Shown here: in pieces, positions 44,802 to 54,706 of the stretch
How the letters are laid out: each line of letters begins with the position of its first letter
How positions within the stretch are numbered: the first letter of the stretch is position 1
Origin: Paracoccaceae bacterium
GTDB lineage: Bacteria; Pseudomonadota; Alphaproteobacteria; Rhodobacterales; Rhodobacteraceae
Length of the DNA stretch: 64,000 nt
Direction of reading: 5' to 3'
Assembly (NCBI GenBank): GCA_020425085.1
Contig: JAGQRW010000018.1
Span: 247,797-311,796, forward strand
Notes under the pieces: generated by a model
The model's input: only the letters and a program-made list of their open reading frames with translations
The model's database searches: none
What the model was told of the DNA's origin: nothing
Made by a program: the position numbers and the translations under genes

Positions 44802-45024
44802 GGCCTGTTCTATAAAACTATCGCCGCCGGTTACAGCAAAACCTGAAGGTAAATCCAGGAATTGCGTCTGGGCGGAAATTCGCCATTGATGTCCTCATGC
44901 ACTGGATAAGGCGCGGCGTTTAAGGGCTTAATATTTCGGGGGAAGCAATTTGCCTGAACTTTGGTTAAAATAACGCTTATGGCAATAAAGCGATTCGATC
45001 ACGGCGGCGGGGAACAGCGGCAAG

Positions 45025-45747
45025 ATGGATGAAATAGAACGATACCAGACGCGAATTTACGTCGCGCTCGACAAGATTTCACGACAGATCACCGAAAATC
45101 CGGCCAGTCATGGACCCGCGGATGCAGGCAACGACGCCGATCTGCGCAAACGCGATCTTGCCCTGATCGAGGAGCTTGAAGCGACCTTGCGCGATGAGCG
45201 CGCCGATCTGGACGCCGAAAGACAAGAGGCGGAAAACCTGAAACGCCGCCTGGAAGAGGCGGAAAAGGCCCGTCTGGCTGCGGTTCAGCGGGCCGAAGAA
45301 CTGCAAGAAGCGGCGGATGCTGCCACGGGGGCGGGGCAGGCGGTGGCCGATAACCTGAAGAAGGCAACCGAGGAACGCGATGCCGCGATTGCCGCCAGAG
45401 AGGCGGGCGAAAGCGATCTGCGCCAATGCCGGGATCAGGTCGCCACCCTGTCCGAAGCGATGGATGAACACGGCGAGCTTGAAGATACCATTTCGCGCCT
45501 TCAGGCTCGAATCGACGATCAGGACCTCCAGTTTCAGCGCCTGAAGGATGCCAACGCACAACTGCGCGAATCCAACGCGATCCTGCGCGAAAGAAACTCG
45601 CAAATGCTGGCCGACAGCACGGCGATCGACCAGTCGCTGATGGCTGAACTGACGGCGCTGAAAAACATCCGCGCCGCCGAGGTGGACGAGATGACAGCGA
45701 TACTGGAAGAACTGAAACCAATGGTGGAGGGGCAGCGCAATGCCTGA
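45025..45747 (+). CDS. Coiled-coil protein upstream of zapA (ZauP-like)
   Basis: 240 aa, almost entirely heptad-like, charged and Ala-rich. It overlaps the zapA start by 8 nt, which matches the zauP-zapA arrangement described in Caulobacter. Confidence 0.6.
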   Translation: MDEIERYQTRIYVALDKISRQITENPASHGPADAGNDADLRKRDLALIEELEATLRDERADLDAERQEAENLKRRLEEAEKARLAAVQRAEELQEAADAATGAGQAVADNLKKATEERDAAIAAREAGESDLRQCRDQVATLSEAMDEHGELEDTISRLQARIDDQDLQFQRLKDANAQLRESNAILRERNSQMLADSTAIDQSLMAELTALKNIRAAEVDEMTAILEELKPMVEGQRNA

Positions 45748-46129
45748 GGTGGACATACATATCGGCGGCCGGGTGTTTCAGGTCACCTGCCAGGAAGGCG
45801 AGGAACCGTATCTGCAATCTGCAGCCGCGCTTTTGGATGTCGAGGCCCAGGCCCTGCACGAGGCGATGGGACGGATGCCGGAATCCCGGATGCTGCTGAT
45901 GGCGGGTCTGATGCTGGCCGACAAGACGGTCGGTCTGGAAGAAGAACTGCGCGAGGCGGAGCGCCGGCTGCGCGAACATGAAACCGATGCCCCGAACCTG
46001 TTCGCCGCCGATGGCGCGCCTGCGGCCAGTGGCGACATTGCGGTTCCGCAACAGGTGGTCGACGCATTTTCCCGCATCGCCGAACGCGCCGAAAGTGTTG
46101 CGATTCTGGCCGAACACATGACCAGGTAA
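45740..46129 (+). CDS. zapA: Cell division protein ZapA
   Basis: VDIHIGGRVFQVTCQEGEEPYLQSAAALLD...RMLLMAGLMLAD is the ZapA pattern, followed by a coiled-coil tail. Confidence 0.85.
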   Translation: MPEVDIHIGGRVFQVTCQEGEEPYLQSAAALLDVEAQALHEAMGRMPESRMLLMAGLMLADKTVGLEEELREAERRLREHETDAPNLFAADGAPAASGDIAVPQQVVDAFSRIAERAESVAILAEHMTR

Positions 46130-46130
46130 C

Positions 46131-46541
46131 TTATTGCGGCAGAACCGCCGTCGCCTCGATCTCTACTTTGGCGCGGTCTTCGATCAGGGCGACCACCTGA
46201 ACCATGGCCATGGCCGGGTAGTTGCGCCCGAAACGCCGCTGATAGACCGCGCCGATCTCGGCAAGCCGCGACAGATATTCCGCCTTGTCGGTGATGTACC
46301 AGGTCAGACGAACCAGATGTTCCGGCCCGGCCCCGGCCTCGGCCAGAACGGTCAGGATATTGGCCAGCGTCTGATCGACCTGCGCGACGAAATCGTCGGT
46401 CTGAAATTCCTGCTGACCGTTCCAGCCGATATGCCCGCCAAGAAAGATCATCCGCCCGGTTGCCGCCACGCCATTGGCATAGCCTCGGGCCGGTTTCCAG
46501 TTTTTCGGGTTCAGGCGCTGGTGCGGCATGGGTTCAGACAT
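46131..46541 (-). CDS. RidA/YjgF-family protein (putative enamine/imine deaminase)
   Basis: The ORF is trimmed to ATG 46541, which has a GGAGGC SD. The sequence reads ...ARGYANGVAA.GRMIFLGGHIG...EIEATAV. It is the last gene of the operon. Confidence 0.8.
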   Translation of the reverse strand: MSEPMPHQRLNPKNWKPARGYANGVAATGRMIFLGGHIGWNGQQEFQTDDFVAQVDQTLANILTVLAEAGAGPEHLVRLTWYITDKAEYLSRLAEIGAVYQRRFGRNYPAMAMVQVVALIEDRAKVEIEATAVLPQ

Positions 46542-46947
46542 GGTTGCCTCCGTCGGTGAACCGTGCGCTGATTTCGCTGGGCCAGGGGCAGGGCGCACGG
46601 GTTGCGATATCGGTATGGACCAGCGTTGCACTTGCCTTGAAACGCGGCTGGCCGGACTTGGCGCAGGTGATTTCAAGCGCCATGTCCGAGGCCGTCATGC
46701 CGCTGATTTCAAGTGCGAATTCAAGCTCATCCTCGAAACTGCCGGCGGCGATGAAATCAACCTTGATGCGCGCCTGTGTCACGTCACGCCCGGCCTGCCG
46801 GTGCATGTCGCCATAGGCATAGCCAAGATGATCGCGAAAAAACTCCTCGACCACGGAATGCAGCATTTCAAAATAGCGCGGGTAATAGACGATGCCCGCC
46901 GGATCGCAGTGGCGGTATTCGACCCTTCGCATGGTGGACCAGATCAA
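46534..46947 (-). CDS. 4HBT/YbgC-type hotdog acyl-CoA thioesterase
   Basis: [30 protein letters not shown] is the typical 4HBT N-terminus. The start is either TTG 46947 (GAGGA SD, overlapping the kynA stop) or ATG 46932. Confidence 0.75.
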   Translation of the reverse strand: MIWSTMRRVEYRHCDPAGIVYYPRYFEMLHSVVEEFFRDHLGYAYGDMHRQAGRDVTQARIKVDFIAAGSFEDELEFALEISGMTASDMALEITCAKSGQPRFKASATLVHTDIATRAPCPWPSEISARFTDGGNHV

Positions 46948-47780
46948 AGATCCGTCCTCACATGCCAGAGTTCCGGAAACAGTTCCACTGCCAGCATCCG
47001 GCGCAGATAGGCGACACCGCTGGTGCCTCCGGTGCCGCGTTTGAAACCGATGATGCGTTCCACCGTGGTGACATGGTTGAAACGCCAGCGGCGGAAATAA
47101 TCCTCAAAATCCATCAGCTTTTCCGCCATTTCATATAATTCCCAATGGGTTTCGGGGCTTTCATAAACCACTTTCCAGGCTGCGTTGATGCGGTGGTCAG
47201 CGGTATGGGTCTTGCTGATATCGCGGTTCAGAATCTCGTCGGGTATGGCAATGCCGCGCCGCGCCAGAAGGTGCAGCGCCTCGTCGTAAAGCGATGGGCG
47301 CGCCAGTTCCGCCTGCAGCAGCGAAATCACTTCAGGCCGATGCGCATGCGGTTTCAGCATCGCGGCATTGCGGTTGCCAAGGGTGTATTCGATCAGCCGG
47401 TACTGGTGCGACTGAAACCCCGAGGATTGGCCAAGCTTGTCGCGAAAGCGGGTGTATTCGCTGGGCGTCATGGTGCGCAGGACATCCCAGGCATTGTTCA
47501 ACTGTTCAAAAATCCGCGCCACCCGCGACAGCATCTTGAAGGCGGGTTGCACATCGTCGCGCTTGATCGCCTCACGCGCCGCCGCGATTTCGTGCAGTGC
47601 CAGTTTCATCCAAAGTTCCGAGGTCTGATGCTGGATGATGAACAGCATCTCATCATGGGCGGAACTGAGTAAAGTTTGTGCGCCAAGTATCTGGTCTATA
47701 TGCAGATAATCGCCATATGACATGCGCCCGTCAAACGACATCTGCGCACCGTCCCTGGCCGGATCGAAATCTGTTGTCAT
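46944..47780 (-). CDS. kynA: Tryptophan 2,3-dioxygenase
   Basis: [16 protein letters not shown]...[19 protein letters not shown]...GFQS.QYR.IE...GTGGTSGV..L are the TDO signature segments. It has an ATGA overlap with kynU. Confidence 0.9.
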   Translation of the reverse strand: MTTDFDPARDGAQMSFDGRMSYGDYLHIDQILGAQTLLSSAHDEMLFIIQHQTSELWMKLALHEIAAAREAIKRDDVQPAFKMLSRVARIFEQLNNAWDVLRTMTPSEYTRFRDKLGQSSGFQSHQYRLIEYTLGNRNAAMLKPHAHRPEVISLLQAELARPSLYDEALHLLARRGIAIPDEILNRDISKTHTADHRINAAWKVVYESPETHWELYEMAEKLMDFEDYFRRWRFNHVTTVERIIGFKRGTGGTSGVAYLRRMLAVELFPELWHVRTDL

Positions 47781-48970
47781 GTCACTTTCCCCCTGATGCG
47801 GTATTCGGGCCGATCCCATAGGCGGTTTGTTATCACTTCTTCCAGAATGTCGACCGCCGCCAGAACATCCGCCTTGTCGATATAAAGCGGCGTAAAGCCG
47901 AAACGCATCACGTCCGGTGCGCGAAAATCGCCAATCACCCCACGCGCGATCAGTGCCTGCATGGCGGCAAAACCTTCGGCAAAGCGGAACGATACCTGCG
48001 ATCCGCGACGGGCGGCATCGCGCGGGCTGACAAGGCTGAGGGATGGGCAGCGGCGTTCAACCTCGGCGATGAACAATTCGCACAGATCGACCGATTTGGC
48101 GCGAACATCGGCCATTTCCACCTGATCCCAGACATCAAGTGCGGTTTCCAGCGCCTTCAGCGCGATTACCGGCACGGTTCCGACGCGCATGCGTTCGATG
48201 CCCTTGGCAGGACGATAATCAAGGTCAAAGTCAAACGGCGCCTCATGCCCCAGCCAGCCGGACAGCGCCGGGCGCACATCGGGCAGGTGACGTGGGGCAA
48301 CATAGATGAAAGCCGGGGCGCCAGGGCCGCCATTCAGGTATTTATAACTGCACCCGATGGCGAAATCGGCCTTGGCGCCCGCAAGGTCAACCGGTACTGC
48401 ACCGGCAGAATGTGCCAAATCCCAAACGGTTATGGCATTTACCTTATGTGCTTTGGCGGTCAGGGCCTGCATGTCGTGCATGCGCCCGCTGCGGTAATCC
48501 ACCTCGGTCAGCATCAAGACCGCCAGCTTGTCGTCGATGTGATCGTCAACCTCATCCGGTTCAACGACCTTCAACACATAATCCGGCCCCAGCGTTTGCA
48601 GCAGGCCCTGCGCGATATAGAGGTCGGACGGGAAATTGCCACGATCCGACAGTATCACCCGGCGTTGGGGCACCAGTTCCAGCGCCGAGGCCAGCGCCTG
48701 ATAGACCTTGATCGACAGGGTGTCGCCCATGATCACCGAACCCGGTTCCGCCCCGATCAGGCGCGCGATGCGATCACCGACGCAGGTTGAAAGCTCCATC
48801 CAGCCGGCCCGGTTCCAGCCGGTGATCAGCATCTCGCCCCATTCATCCTGCATCATCGACGCCACCTTTGACGCCGCCGCCTTGGGCAAGGGACCAAGCG
48901 AGTTGCCGTCAAGATAGATCATGCCATCAGGAATATGAAACATGGATTTGGTTTTAGTGAAATCAGTCAA
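47777..48970 (-). CDS. kynU: Kynureninase
   Basis: [19 protein letters not shown]...[13 protein letters not shown]...[18 protein letters not shown] contains the PLP Lys context. The start is TTG 48970 (overlapping the ligase stop) or ATG 48943. Confidence 0.9.
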   Translation of the reverse strand: MTDFTKTKSMFHIPDGMIYLDGNSLGPLPKAAASKVASMMQDEWGEMLITGWNRAGWMELSTCVGDRIARLIGAEPGSVIMGDTLSIKVYQALASALELVPQRRVILSDRGNFPSDLYIAQGLLQTLGPDYVLKVVEPDEVDDHIDDKLAVLMLTEVDYRSGRMHDMQALTAKAHKVNAITVWDLAHSAGAVPVDLAGAKADFAIGCSYKYLNGGPGAPAFIYVAPRHLPDVRPALSGWLGHEAPFDFDLDYRPAKGIERMRVGTVPVIALKALETALDVWDQVEMADVRAKSVDLCELFIAEVERRCPSLSLVSPRDAARRGSQVSFRFAEGFAAMQALIARGVIGDFRAPDVMRFGFTPLYIDKADVLAAVDILEEVITNRLWDRPEYRIRGKVT

Positions 48971-50597
48971 TGGCTTTTGATCCTTTTTTCAGGCGAAACC
49001 GCTGAACCTTGCCGGTTGCGGTCTTGGGTAGGCTGTCGATGAAAACCACGGAGCGCGGGTATTTGTAAGGGGCGATCATCGCCTTGACGTGATCCTGCAA
49101 TTCGCGGACGGTATCGACCGATTTCGGAACCCCTTGTTCCAGAACCACATGCGCCTCGACGATGAAACCGCGCGATTCATCCGGTGCAGCCACCACACCG
49201 CATTCCACCACATAGGGATGAGACAACAGCGCCGCCTCGACCTCGGGGCCGGCAATGTTATAGCCGGCCGACACGATCATATCGTCGTTGCGCGCGGCAA
49301 AGTGGAAATAACCATCCGCGTCGCGCACGAAGGTGTCGCCGGTAATGTTCCAGCCATCGCGCACATAGGCCGATTGCCGCTGGTCATTGAGATAGCGACA
49401 GCCGGTCGGACCGCGCACCGCCAGCCGGCCGATCTCACCATCCGCCAGTTCGCTCATCTCGTCATCGACGATCTTCGCTTCATATCCCGCCACCGGCTTG
49501 CCGGTACAGGCGGCGCGGCTGTCGCCAAGGCGGTTGGAAATGAAAATATGCAGCATCTCGGTCGAGCCGATGCCGTCCAGCATCGGTTTGCCGGTCTTTT
49601 CCAGCCACTCGTTATAGACCGGTTCCGGCAGGGTTTCGCCAGCCGAAACCGCACAGCGGAGCGATGACAGATCCGCACCTTCGTCCATTGCCCGCATCAT
49701 CACGCGGTAGGCGGTCGGGGCGGTGAAACAGATGGTGGCGTGATAGTTTTCGATGATCTCGATCATGTTGGGCGGTGAGGCGGTTTCCAAAAGCGTGGCG
49801 GTGGCGCCAAAGCGCAGCGGGAACACCGCCAGCCCGCCAAGACCAAAGGTAAAGGCAAGCGGTGGCGAGCCGACGAACACGTCCTCGGGCGTCACCTGCA
49901 ACACTTCGGCGGCATAACCGTCGGCGATGATCAGAAGGTCGCGGTGAAAATGCATGGTCGCCTTGGGCTTGCCGGTGGTGCCCGAGGTGAAGCCAAGCAG
50001 CGCCACGTCGTCGCGTCCGGTCTTTACCGCCTGAAACTTCACTGATTTCGACAGTGCGATGCGGTCAAGTTCGGCATCGTGGTTGGCGGTGCCATCAAAG
50101 CCGACGATGGTCTTGAGGAATTTCGAGGTCTTTCCGCAGGCGACGATCTCATCCATCATCCGGCTGTCGCACAGCGCAAATTCTATCTCAGCCACATCAA
50201 CGATCTGGCTCAATTCACTGGCGCGCAGCAGCGGCATGGTGTTGACCACCACCGCGCCCGCCTTGGTTGCCGCCAGCCAGCAAGCCACCATGGCCGGGTT
50301 GTTGGCGCTGCGGATAAGCACGCGATTACCGGGCTTTACGCCGTAATCTTCAACCAACGCATGTGCCAGGCGGTTGGTCCAGTCCGAAAGTTCCTTATAG
50401 GTGCGTTGCCGCCCGTTGCCGATCAGTGCCGTATTGTCGCCCATGCCGCGTTCGACCACCCTGTCGGTCAGGGCCACGCCGACATTCAGGTATTCCGGAT
50501 AGGGAAAGTCTTCCAGCAGGAAATCCGGCATCTGTTCCGGAGCGGGCAGGTTGTCGCGTGAAAACGTGTCGATATGGCCGCTTGGTCCGAGTTGCAT
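48963..50597 (-). CDS. 2-aminobenzoate (anthranilate)-CoA ligase-like AMP-binding enzyme (benzoate-CoA ligase family)
   Basis: 544 aa with AMP-binding motifs (FTSGTTGKPK, YGSTE-like GSTEM, GD). The substrate is inferred from context, since the gene lies between kynU and the 2-aminobenzoyl-CoA monooxygenase/reductase. Confidence 0.7.
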   Translation of the reverse strand: MQLGPSGHIDTFSRDNLPAPEQMPDFLLEDFPYPEYLNVGVALTDRVVERGMGDNTALIGNGRQRTYKELSDWTNRLAHALVEDYGVKPGNRVLIRSANNPAMVACWLAATKAGAVVVNTMPLLRASELSQIVDVAEIEFALCDSRMMDEIVACGKTSKFLKTIVGFDGTANHDAELDRIALSKSVKFQAVKTGRDDVALLGFTSGTTGKPKATMHFHRDLLIIADGYAAEVLQVTPEDVFVGSPPLAFTFGLGGLAVFPLRFGATATLLETASPPNMIEIIENYHATICFTAPTAYRVMMRAMDEGADLSSLRCAVSAGETLPEPVYNEWLEKTGKPMLDGIGSTEMLHIFISNRLGDSRAACTGKPVAGYEAKIVDDEMSELADGEIGRLAVRGPTGCRYLNDQRQSAYVRDGWNITGDTFVRDADGYFHFAARNDDMIVSAGYNIAGPEVEAALLSHPYVVECGVVAAPDESRGFIVEAHVVLEQGVPKSVDTVRELQDHVKAMIAPYKYPRSVVFIDSLPKTATGKVQRFRLKKGSKAID

Positions 50598-50598
50598 T

Positions 50599-51069
50599 TC
50601 ATCCCTCCCTGATTTTCCTGATCCGGCCGAGTGTGGCCAGCGTCATCTTGATTTCAGCCTCGGTCAAATCGCCCAGAAGATCGGTGATCCACCCTTCATG
50701 CGCTGCTGCCATGCGGGCGAATTCCGCCTTGCCCGCCGGGGTCAGGCGCACCAGCGTTGCCCGCCGGTCGCCTTTGATCGACACCCTTGCTACCCAGCCG
50801 TCATCCACCAGCCGGTCGATGATGCCGGTGACGTTGCCGTTGGATACCATCAGGCGGCTGGAAAGTTCGCTCATCTTCAGGCCGTCGCCAAAGCGTTCCA
50901 GCATCGCCAGCACGTCGAATCTGGGCAGTGTGGTGGCAAATTCCCGCCTGAGCCGGTCGCGGATTTCGGCCTCCAGTCGCCGGCTGACCTTCAGAAGGCC
51001 AAGCCACATCCTGAGCCGCGTTTTTGACCGGGCGACGGCTGGTAGGGACAGGGCGGCCTTTGGGTTCAT
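50599..51069 (-). CDS. MarR-family transcriptional regulator
   Basis: LPRFDVLAMLERFGDGLKMSELSSRLMVSNGNVTGIIDRLVDDGWV is a winged HTH. ATG 51069 overlaps the SDR stop. Confidence 0.85.
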   Translation of the reverse strand: MNPKAALSLPAVARSKTRLRMWLGLLKVSRRLEAEIRDRLRREFATTLPRFDVLAMLERFGDGLKMSELSSRLMVSNGNVTGIIDRLVDDGWVARVSIKGDRRATLVRLTPAGKAEFARMAAAHEGWITDLLGDLTEAEIKMTLATLGRIRKIREG

Positions 51070-51830
51070 ATCTGGCCGCCGGCGATTTCGATGGTCTGCC
51101 CGTTGACCGATTGCGACCCCGGCCCGCACAGCCACAAGGCGGCATTGGCAACCTCCTCGACCTCGATCAGCTTGGCATGGCGGTTGGTCGATGACATCGA
51201 GGCTTCGGCCTCGGCCCGGCTCAGGCCCGAGCGGTTCATAATCAGTTCGGTGTTGCGCTTGACGATCGGGGTGCGCACATAACCGGGACAGATGGCGTTG
51301 GCGGTGATGCCTTTGTGCATGAATTCCTCGCTGATCACCCTGGTCAGGCCGATCACCCCGTGTTTGCTGGCGCTATAGGCGGCGCCGTATTTCAGCCCGC
51401 GCAACCCGGCGATCGAGCTGATGGTGATGATCCGGCCCCAGCCATTGGCCAGCATCCCGGGCAGCACCTCGCGGCAGCTCAGGAACACGCCATCAAGGTT
51501 GGTGGTCATCACCTTGCGCCAGAAATCCATCGGCGTCTTGGTAAACGGCGAGGTTTCGGCGATACCGGCATTGGCCACATGGATATCCACCAGCCCATGA
51601 TCCCTGATCGCCCTGGCCGTGCCTTTGACCACGCTTTCCTCGTCGCTGACATCCATCACCAGCGGATGGATGCCCTTGGCCTTGGCCGAGGTTTGTTCAA
51701 GCGGTTCTAGCCGCCGGCCGGTGATGGTGACGGTGCAACCTTCGCCTGCCAGCGCCAGCGCGATGGCTTCGCCGATGCCGGTGCCACCGCCGGTGACAAG
51801 CGCATGTTTTCCCTGATGAATTCCGCTCAT
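51066..51830 (-). CDS. SDR-family oxidoreductase (3-hydroxyacyl-CoA dehydrogenase-like)
   Basis: Contains the TGGGTGIG cofactor motif and the YSASKHG catalytic motif. 254 aa. Confidence 0.8.
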   Translation of the reverse strand: MSGIHQGKHALVTGGGTGIGEAIALALAGEGCTVTITGRRLEPLEQTSAKAKGIHPLVMDVSDEESVVKGTARAIRDHGLVDIHVANAGIAETSPFTKTPMDFWRKVMTTNLDGVFLSCREVLPGMLANGWGRIITISSIAGLRGLKYGAAYSASKHGVIGLTRVISEEFMHKGITANAICPGYVRTPIVKRNTELIMNRSGLSRAEAEASMSSTNRHAKLIEVEEVANAALWLCGPGSQSVNGQTIEIAGGQI

Positions 51831-54109
51831 ACCCTGATTTCCTTTTCGCGTTCCTTAAGCCGGATCAACTGGCTGCGGCCCGGCAGATACGGATCCGGCC
51901 AGTGCTGTGCATCATCGCCGAGTTCGGCGGCGGCATGCAGGGTCCAGTATGGGTCGGCAAGGTGTGGTCGCGCAAGACAAACCAGATCGGCCCGGCCCGC
52001 CATCAGGATCGAATTGACGTGATCCGCCTCATAGATATTGCCGACCGCCATGGTGGGGATGCCGGTTTCGTTGCGGATGCGGTCGGAAAACGGCGTCTGG
52101 AACATGCGCCCGTAAACCGGCTGATCCTCGGGCGTGGTCTGGCCCGCCGACACGTCGATGATATCGGCGCCGGCATCGGCAAAGGCGCGGGCGATTTTAA
52201 CTGCCTGTTCGGGGGTGATGCCGGCCTCGGCCATCCAGTCATGGGCGCTGATCCTGACCGACATCGGTTTTCGGTCGGGCAGGGCAGCGCGCATGGCGGC
52301 AAACACCTCCAGCGGGTAACGCAGGCGGTTTTCCAGACTGCCGCCATATTCATCGCGCCGCCGGTTGGTGATCGGAGACAGGAACGAGGCCAGAAGATAG
52401 CCGTGTGCCGCGTGCAGTTCCACCATGTCAAACCCGGCCCGGTCGGCCATTTGGGTGGCGGCAACAAATTCTGCCCTGACCCGGTCCATATCGGTGCGAT
52501 CCATCGCGCGTGGCATGGCATTGGCCGCCGACCACGGCAAGGCCGAGGCGGAAATCAGCGGCCAGTTACCATACGCCAGCGGCGTATCAGGGTTCTGCCA
52601 GCCAAGTTGGGTTGACCCCTTGCGCCCGGCATGGCCGATCTGGGCGCAGATTTTGGCGCGGGTTTCACGATGCACGAAATCGGTGATGCGTCGCCAGGCG
52701 ACCTCATGTTCGGGGGCGTAAAAACCGGTGCAGCCGGGGGTGATGCGCGCGTCAGCGGCCACGCAGGTCATTTCCGTATAGACCAGCCCGGCGCCACCCT
52801 TGGCGCGTTCGGCGTAATGGGCGAAATGCCAGTCGCCGGGCGTGCCGTCCACCGCCTTGTACTGCGCCATTGGTGAAACCACGATGCGGTTTTCCAGCCC
52901 CATACCGCGAAGACGGAACGGCGCGAACATCGGGCGGCGGTCGCTGTCGATACCCGCCTGTCGGTTGAACCAGCGTTCCGCCGACCCAAGCCATTCCGGA
53001 TCGCGCAGACGCAGGTTTTCATGGCTGATCCGCTGGCTGCGGGTCAGAAGCGAGTAGTTGAACTGCACCGGGTCAAGATCCAGATAGCGTTCCACCTGTT
53101 CAAACCATTCCAGGCTGTTGCGCGCCGCCGATTGCAGGCGCAGAACCTCTAGCCGGCGTTCCTCCTGATAGCGGATGAACGCCGCTTGCATGTCAGGTTC
53201 GGAATGCAGGTAATTGGCCAGCGTGATCGCGCTGTCAAACGCCAGGCGTGAACCGGATCCGATGGAAAAATGGGCCGTCGCCGCTGCGTCGCCCATCAGC
53301 ACCAGGTTTTCATGGTGCCATTTCTCGCATAAAACGCGCGGAAAATTCATCCAGACGGCTGAACCACGCAAATGGTCGGCGTTGGATCGAAGATGGTGGC
53401 CGTCAAGGTGATCGGCAAAGATTTCCTCGCATTTGGCGATGATTTCTGCCTTGGACATGCTTTCAAAACCAAAGGCGTTCCAGGTTTCGTTCGCGCATTC
53501 CACGATCACCGTCGCGGTGTCCTGATCGAACTGATAGGCGTGGATCCAGACCCAGCCATGTTCGGTTTTCTCGAATATGAAGGTGAATGCGTCATCGAAT
53601 TTCTGGCTGGTGCCAAGCCAGATGAACTTGCAAAGGCGGGTGTCGATGTCGGGTTTGAAAACGTCGGCAAACTCGGTCCTGACGGCGGAATTGATGCCGT
53701 CGCAGGCAACCACCAGATCGTAATCCTGCATATAGTCGCGCGCGGAAATAAAGCTGGTGGAAAATTGCAGGTCGACGCCAAGTTCGCGGGCGCGCGCCTG
53801 AAGAATGATCAGCATGCGTTTGCGTCCGATACCGGCGAAACCGTGGCCGCGCGACACCATGCGCTGCCCCTTGTGGACCACGGCGACGTCATCCCAATAG
53901 GCGAAATGTTCGCGGATGCTTTGGGTCGAGACCGGATCGTTGGCGGCCATGTTTTCCAGCGCGTCGACCGACAGCACCACCCCCCAGCCAAAGGTATCGT
54001 CGGGCTTGTTGCGTTCAATCACCGTCACCTGATGCGATGGGTCGCGCAGTTTCATGCTGATGGCAAAGTAAAGTCCGGCAGGGCCACCACCCAGACACGC
54101 AATTTTCAT
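51827..54109 (-). CDS. 2-aminobenzoyl-CoA monooxygenase/reductase-like bifunctional flavoprotein (FAD monooxygenase fused to an Old-Yellow-Enzyme-type reductase; also annotated in databases as salicylyl-CoA 5-hydroxylase type)
   Basis: The ORF is trimmed to ATG 54109. The N-terminus [16 protein letters not shown] is an FAD GxGxxG motif in an aromatic-ring hydroxylase-like domain. The C-terminal half is OYE-like (VSPMAQY...[20 protein letters not shown]). Confidence 0.8.
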   Translation of the reverse strand: MKIACLGGGPAGLYFAISMKLRDPSHQVTVIERNKPDDTFGWGVVLSVDALENMAANDPVSTQSIREHFAYWDDVAVVHKGQRMVSRGHGFAGIGRKRMLIILQARARELGVDLQFSTSFISARDYMQDYDLVVACDGINSAVRTEFADVFKPDIDTRLCKFIWLGTSQKFDDAFTFIFEKTEHGWVWIHAYQFDQDTATVIVECANETWNAFGFESMSKAEIIAKCEEIFADHLDGHHLRSNADHLRGSAVWMNFPRVLCEKWHHENLVLMGDAAATAHFSIGSGSRLAFDSAITLANYLHSEPDMQAAFIRYQEERRLEVLRLQSAARNSLEWFEQVERYLDLDPVQFNYSLLTRSQRISHENLRLRDPEWLGSAERWFNRQAGIDSDRRPMFAPFRLRGMGLENRIVVSPMAQYKAVDGTPGDWHFAHYAERAKGGAGLVYTEMTCVAADARITPGCTGFYAPEHEVAWRRITDFVHRETRAKICAQIGHAGRKGSTQLGWQNPDTPLAYGNWPLISASALPWSAANAMPRAMDRTDMDRVRAEFVAATQMADRAGFDMVELHAAHGYLLASFLSPITNRRRDEYGGSLENRLRYPLEVFAAMRAALPDRKPMSVRISAHDWMAEAGITPEQAVKIARAFADAGADIIDVSAGQTTPEDQPVYGRMFQTPFSDRIRNETGIPTMAVGNIYEADHVNSILMAGRADLVCLARPHLADPYWTLHAAAELGDDAQHWPDPYLPGRSQLIRLKEREKEIRV

Positions 54110-54313
54110 GCTGCACCCCTTTGAATTCCGAGTCGTTTCAGATTCAGGCTGGCATTCCTTTCGGTAATTTTCAAGCATGAAAGATTTAGGGTTAAAATAT
54201 ATCGGACATTCGCCCTTGCGAAAATCCGCGCATCCGATGGTGTGCCTTGGATCACCGCTTGCGCAATCGGTGAAAACGCCTAGCTTCGCCGTAATCAAAC
54301 GAAAGGCTTCGGG

Positions 54314-54616
54314 ATGCGAATTCGGATTATCGGCGGAATGTTCCTGCTGGCGCTGGCATTGCCGGCGGCGGTTGAGGCCAGGGATTGCCGGGCATCGTTT
54401 TATGAGGGCTCGAACGCGGCACTGTTGACCGGGCGTTATCAGGATGTAGCCAAGGACAACGCGGTTCTGAGCTGGGGGGCGCGGGTGCTGGCCTCGGTCG
54501 GGCCGGTCTATGCGAATTGGGACAACGCAACCGATCGCAGTTTTCGCTGCGTGTTGCAGAGCGGACGGCACAAATGCACCGCCAGGGCACGGCCGTGTTC
54601 GGATCCGCCGAAATAA
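54314..54616 (+). CDS. Small secreted Cys-containing hypothetical protein
   Basis: Has a signal peptide ([22 protein letters not shown]). The mature part of ~78 aa contains 4 Cys. I recognised no motif. Confidence 0.45.
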   Translation: MRIRIIGGMFLLALALPAAVEARDCRASFYEGSNAALLTGRYQDVAKDNAVLSWGARVLASVGPVYANWDNATDRSFRCVLQSGRHKCTARARPCSDPPK

Positions 54617-54706
54617 CCAATAGTGGCCCCTTCGGGGCCGCGCTCATTCAGCCCCTGCGGGGCGCGGGTTGCGCTGCGCGCGGCGAGTATTTTCGGAACA
54701 ATGAAT

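Noticed and set aside
44802-46131. 6S RNA (ssrS), which sits next to zapA in some bacteria
   Set aside because: The next gene ends 1 nt after the zapA stop, so there is no room downstream. In the upstream 223-bp gap I could not find the long closing stem and central bubble by eye. A covariance-model search (Rfam 6S) would be needed to settle this.
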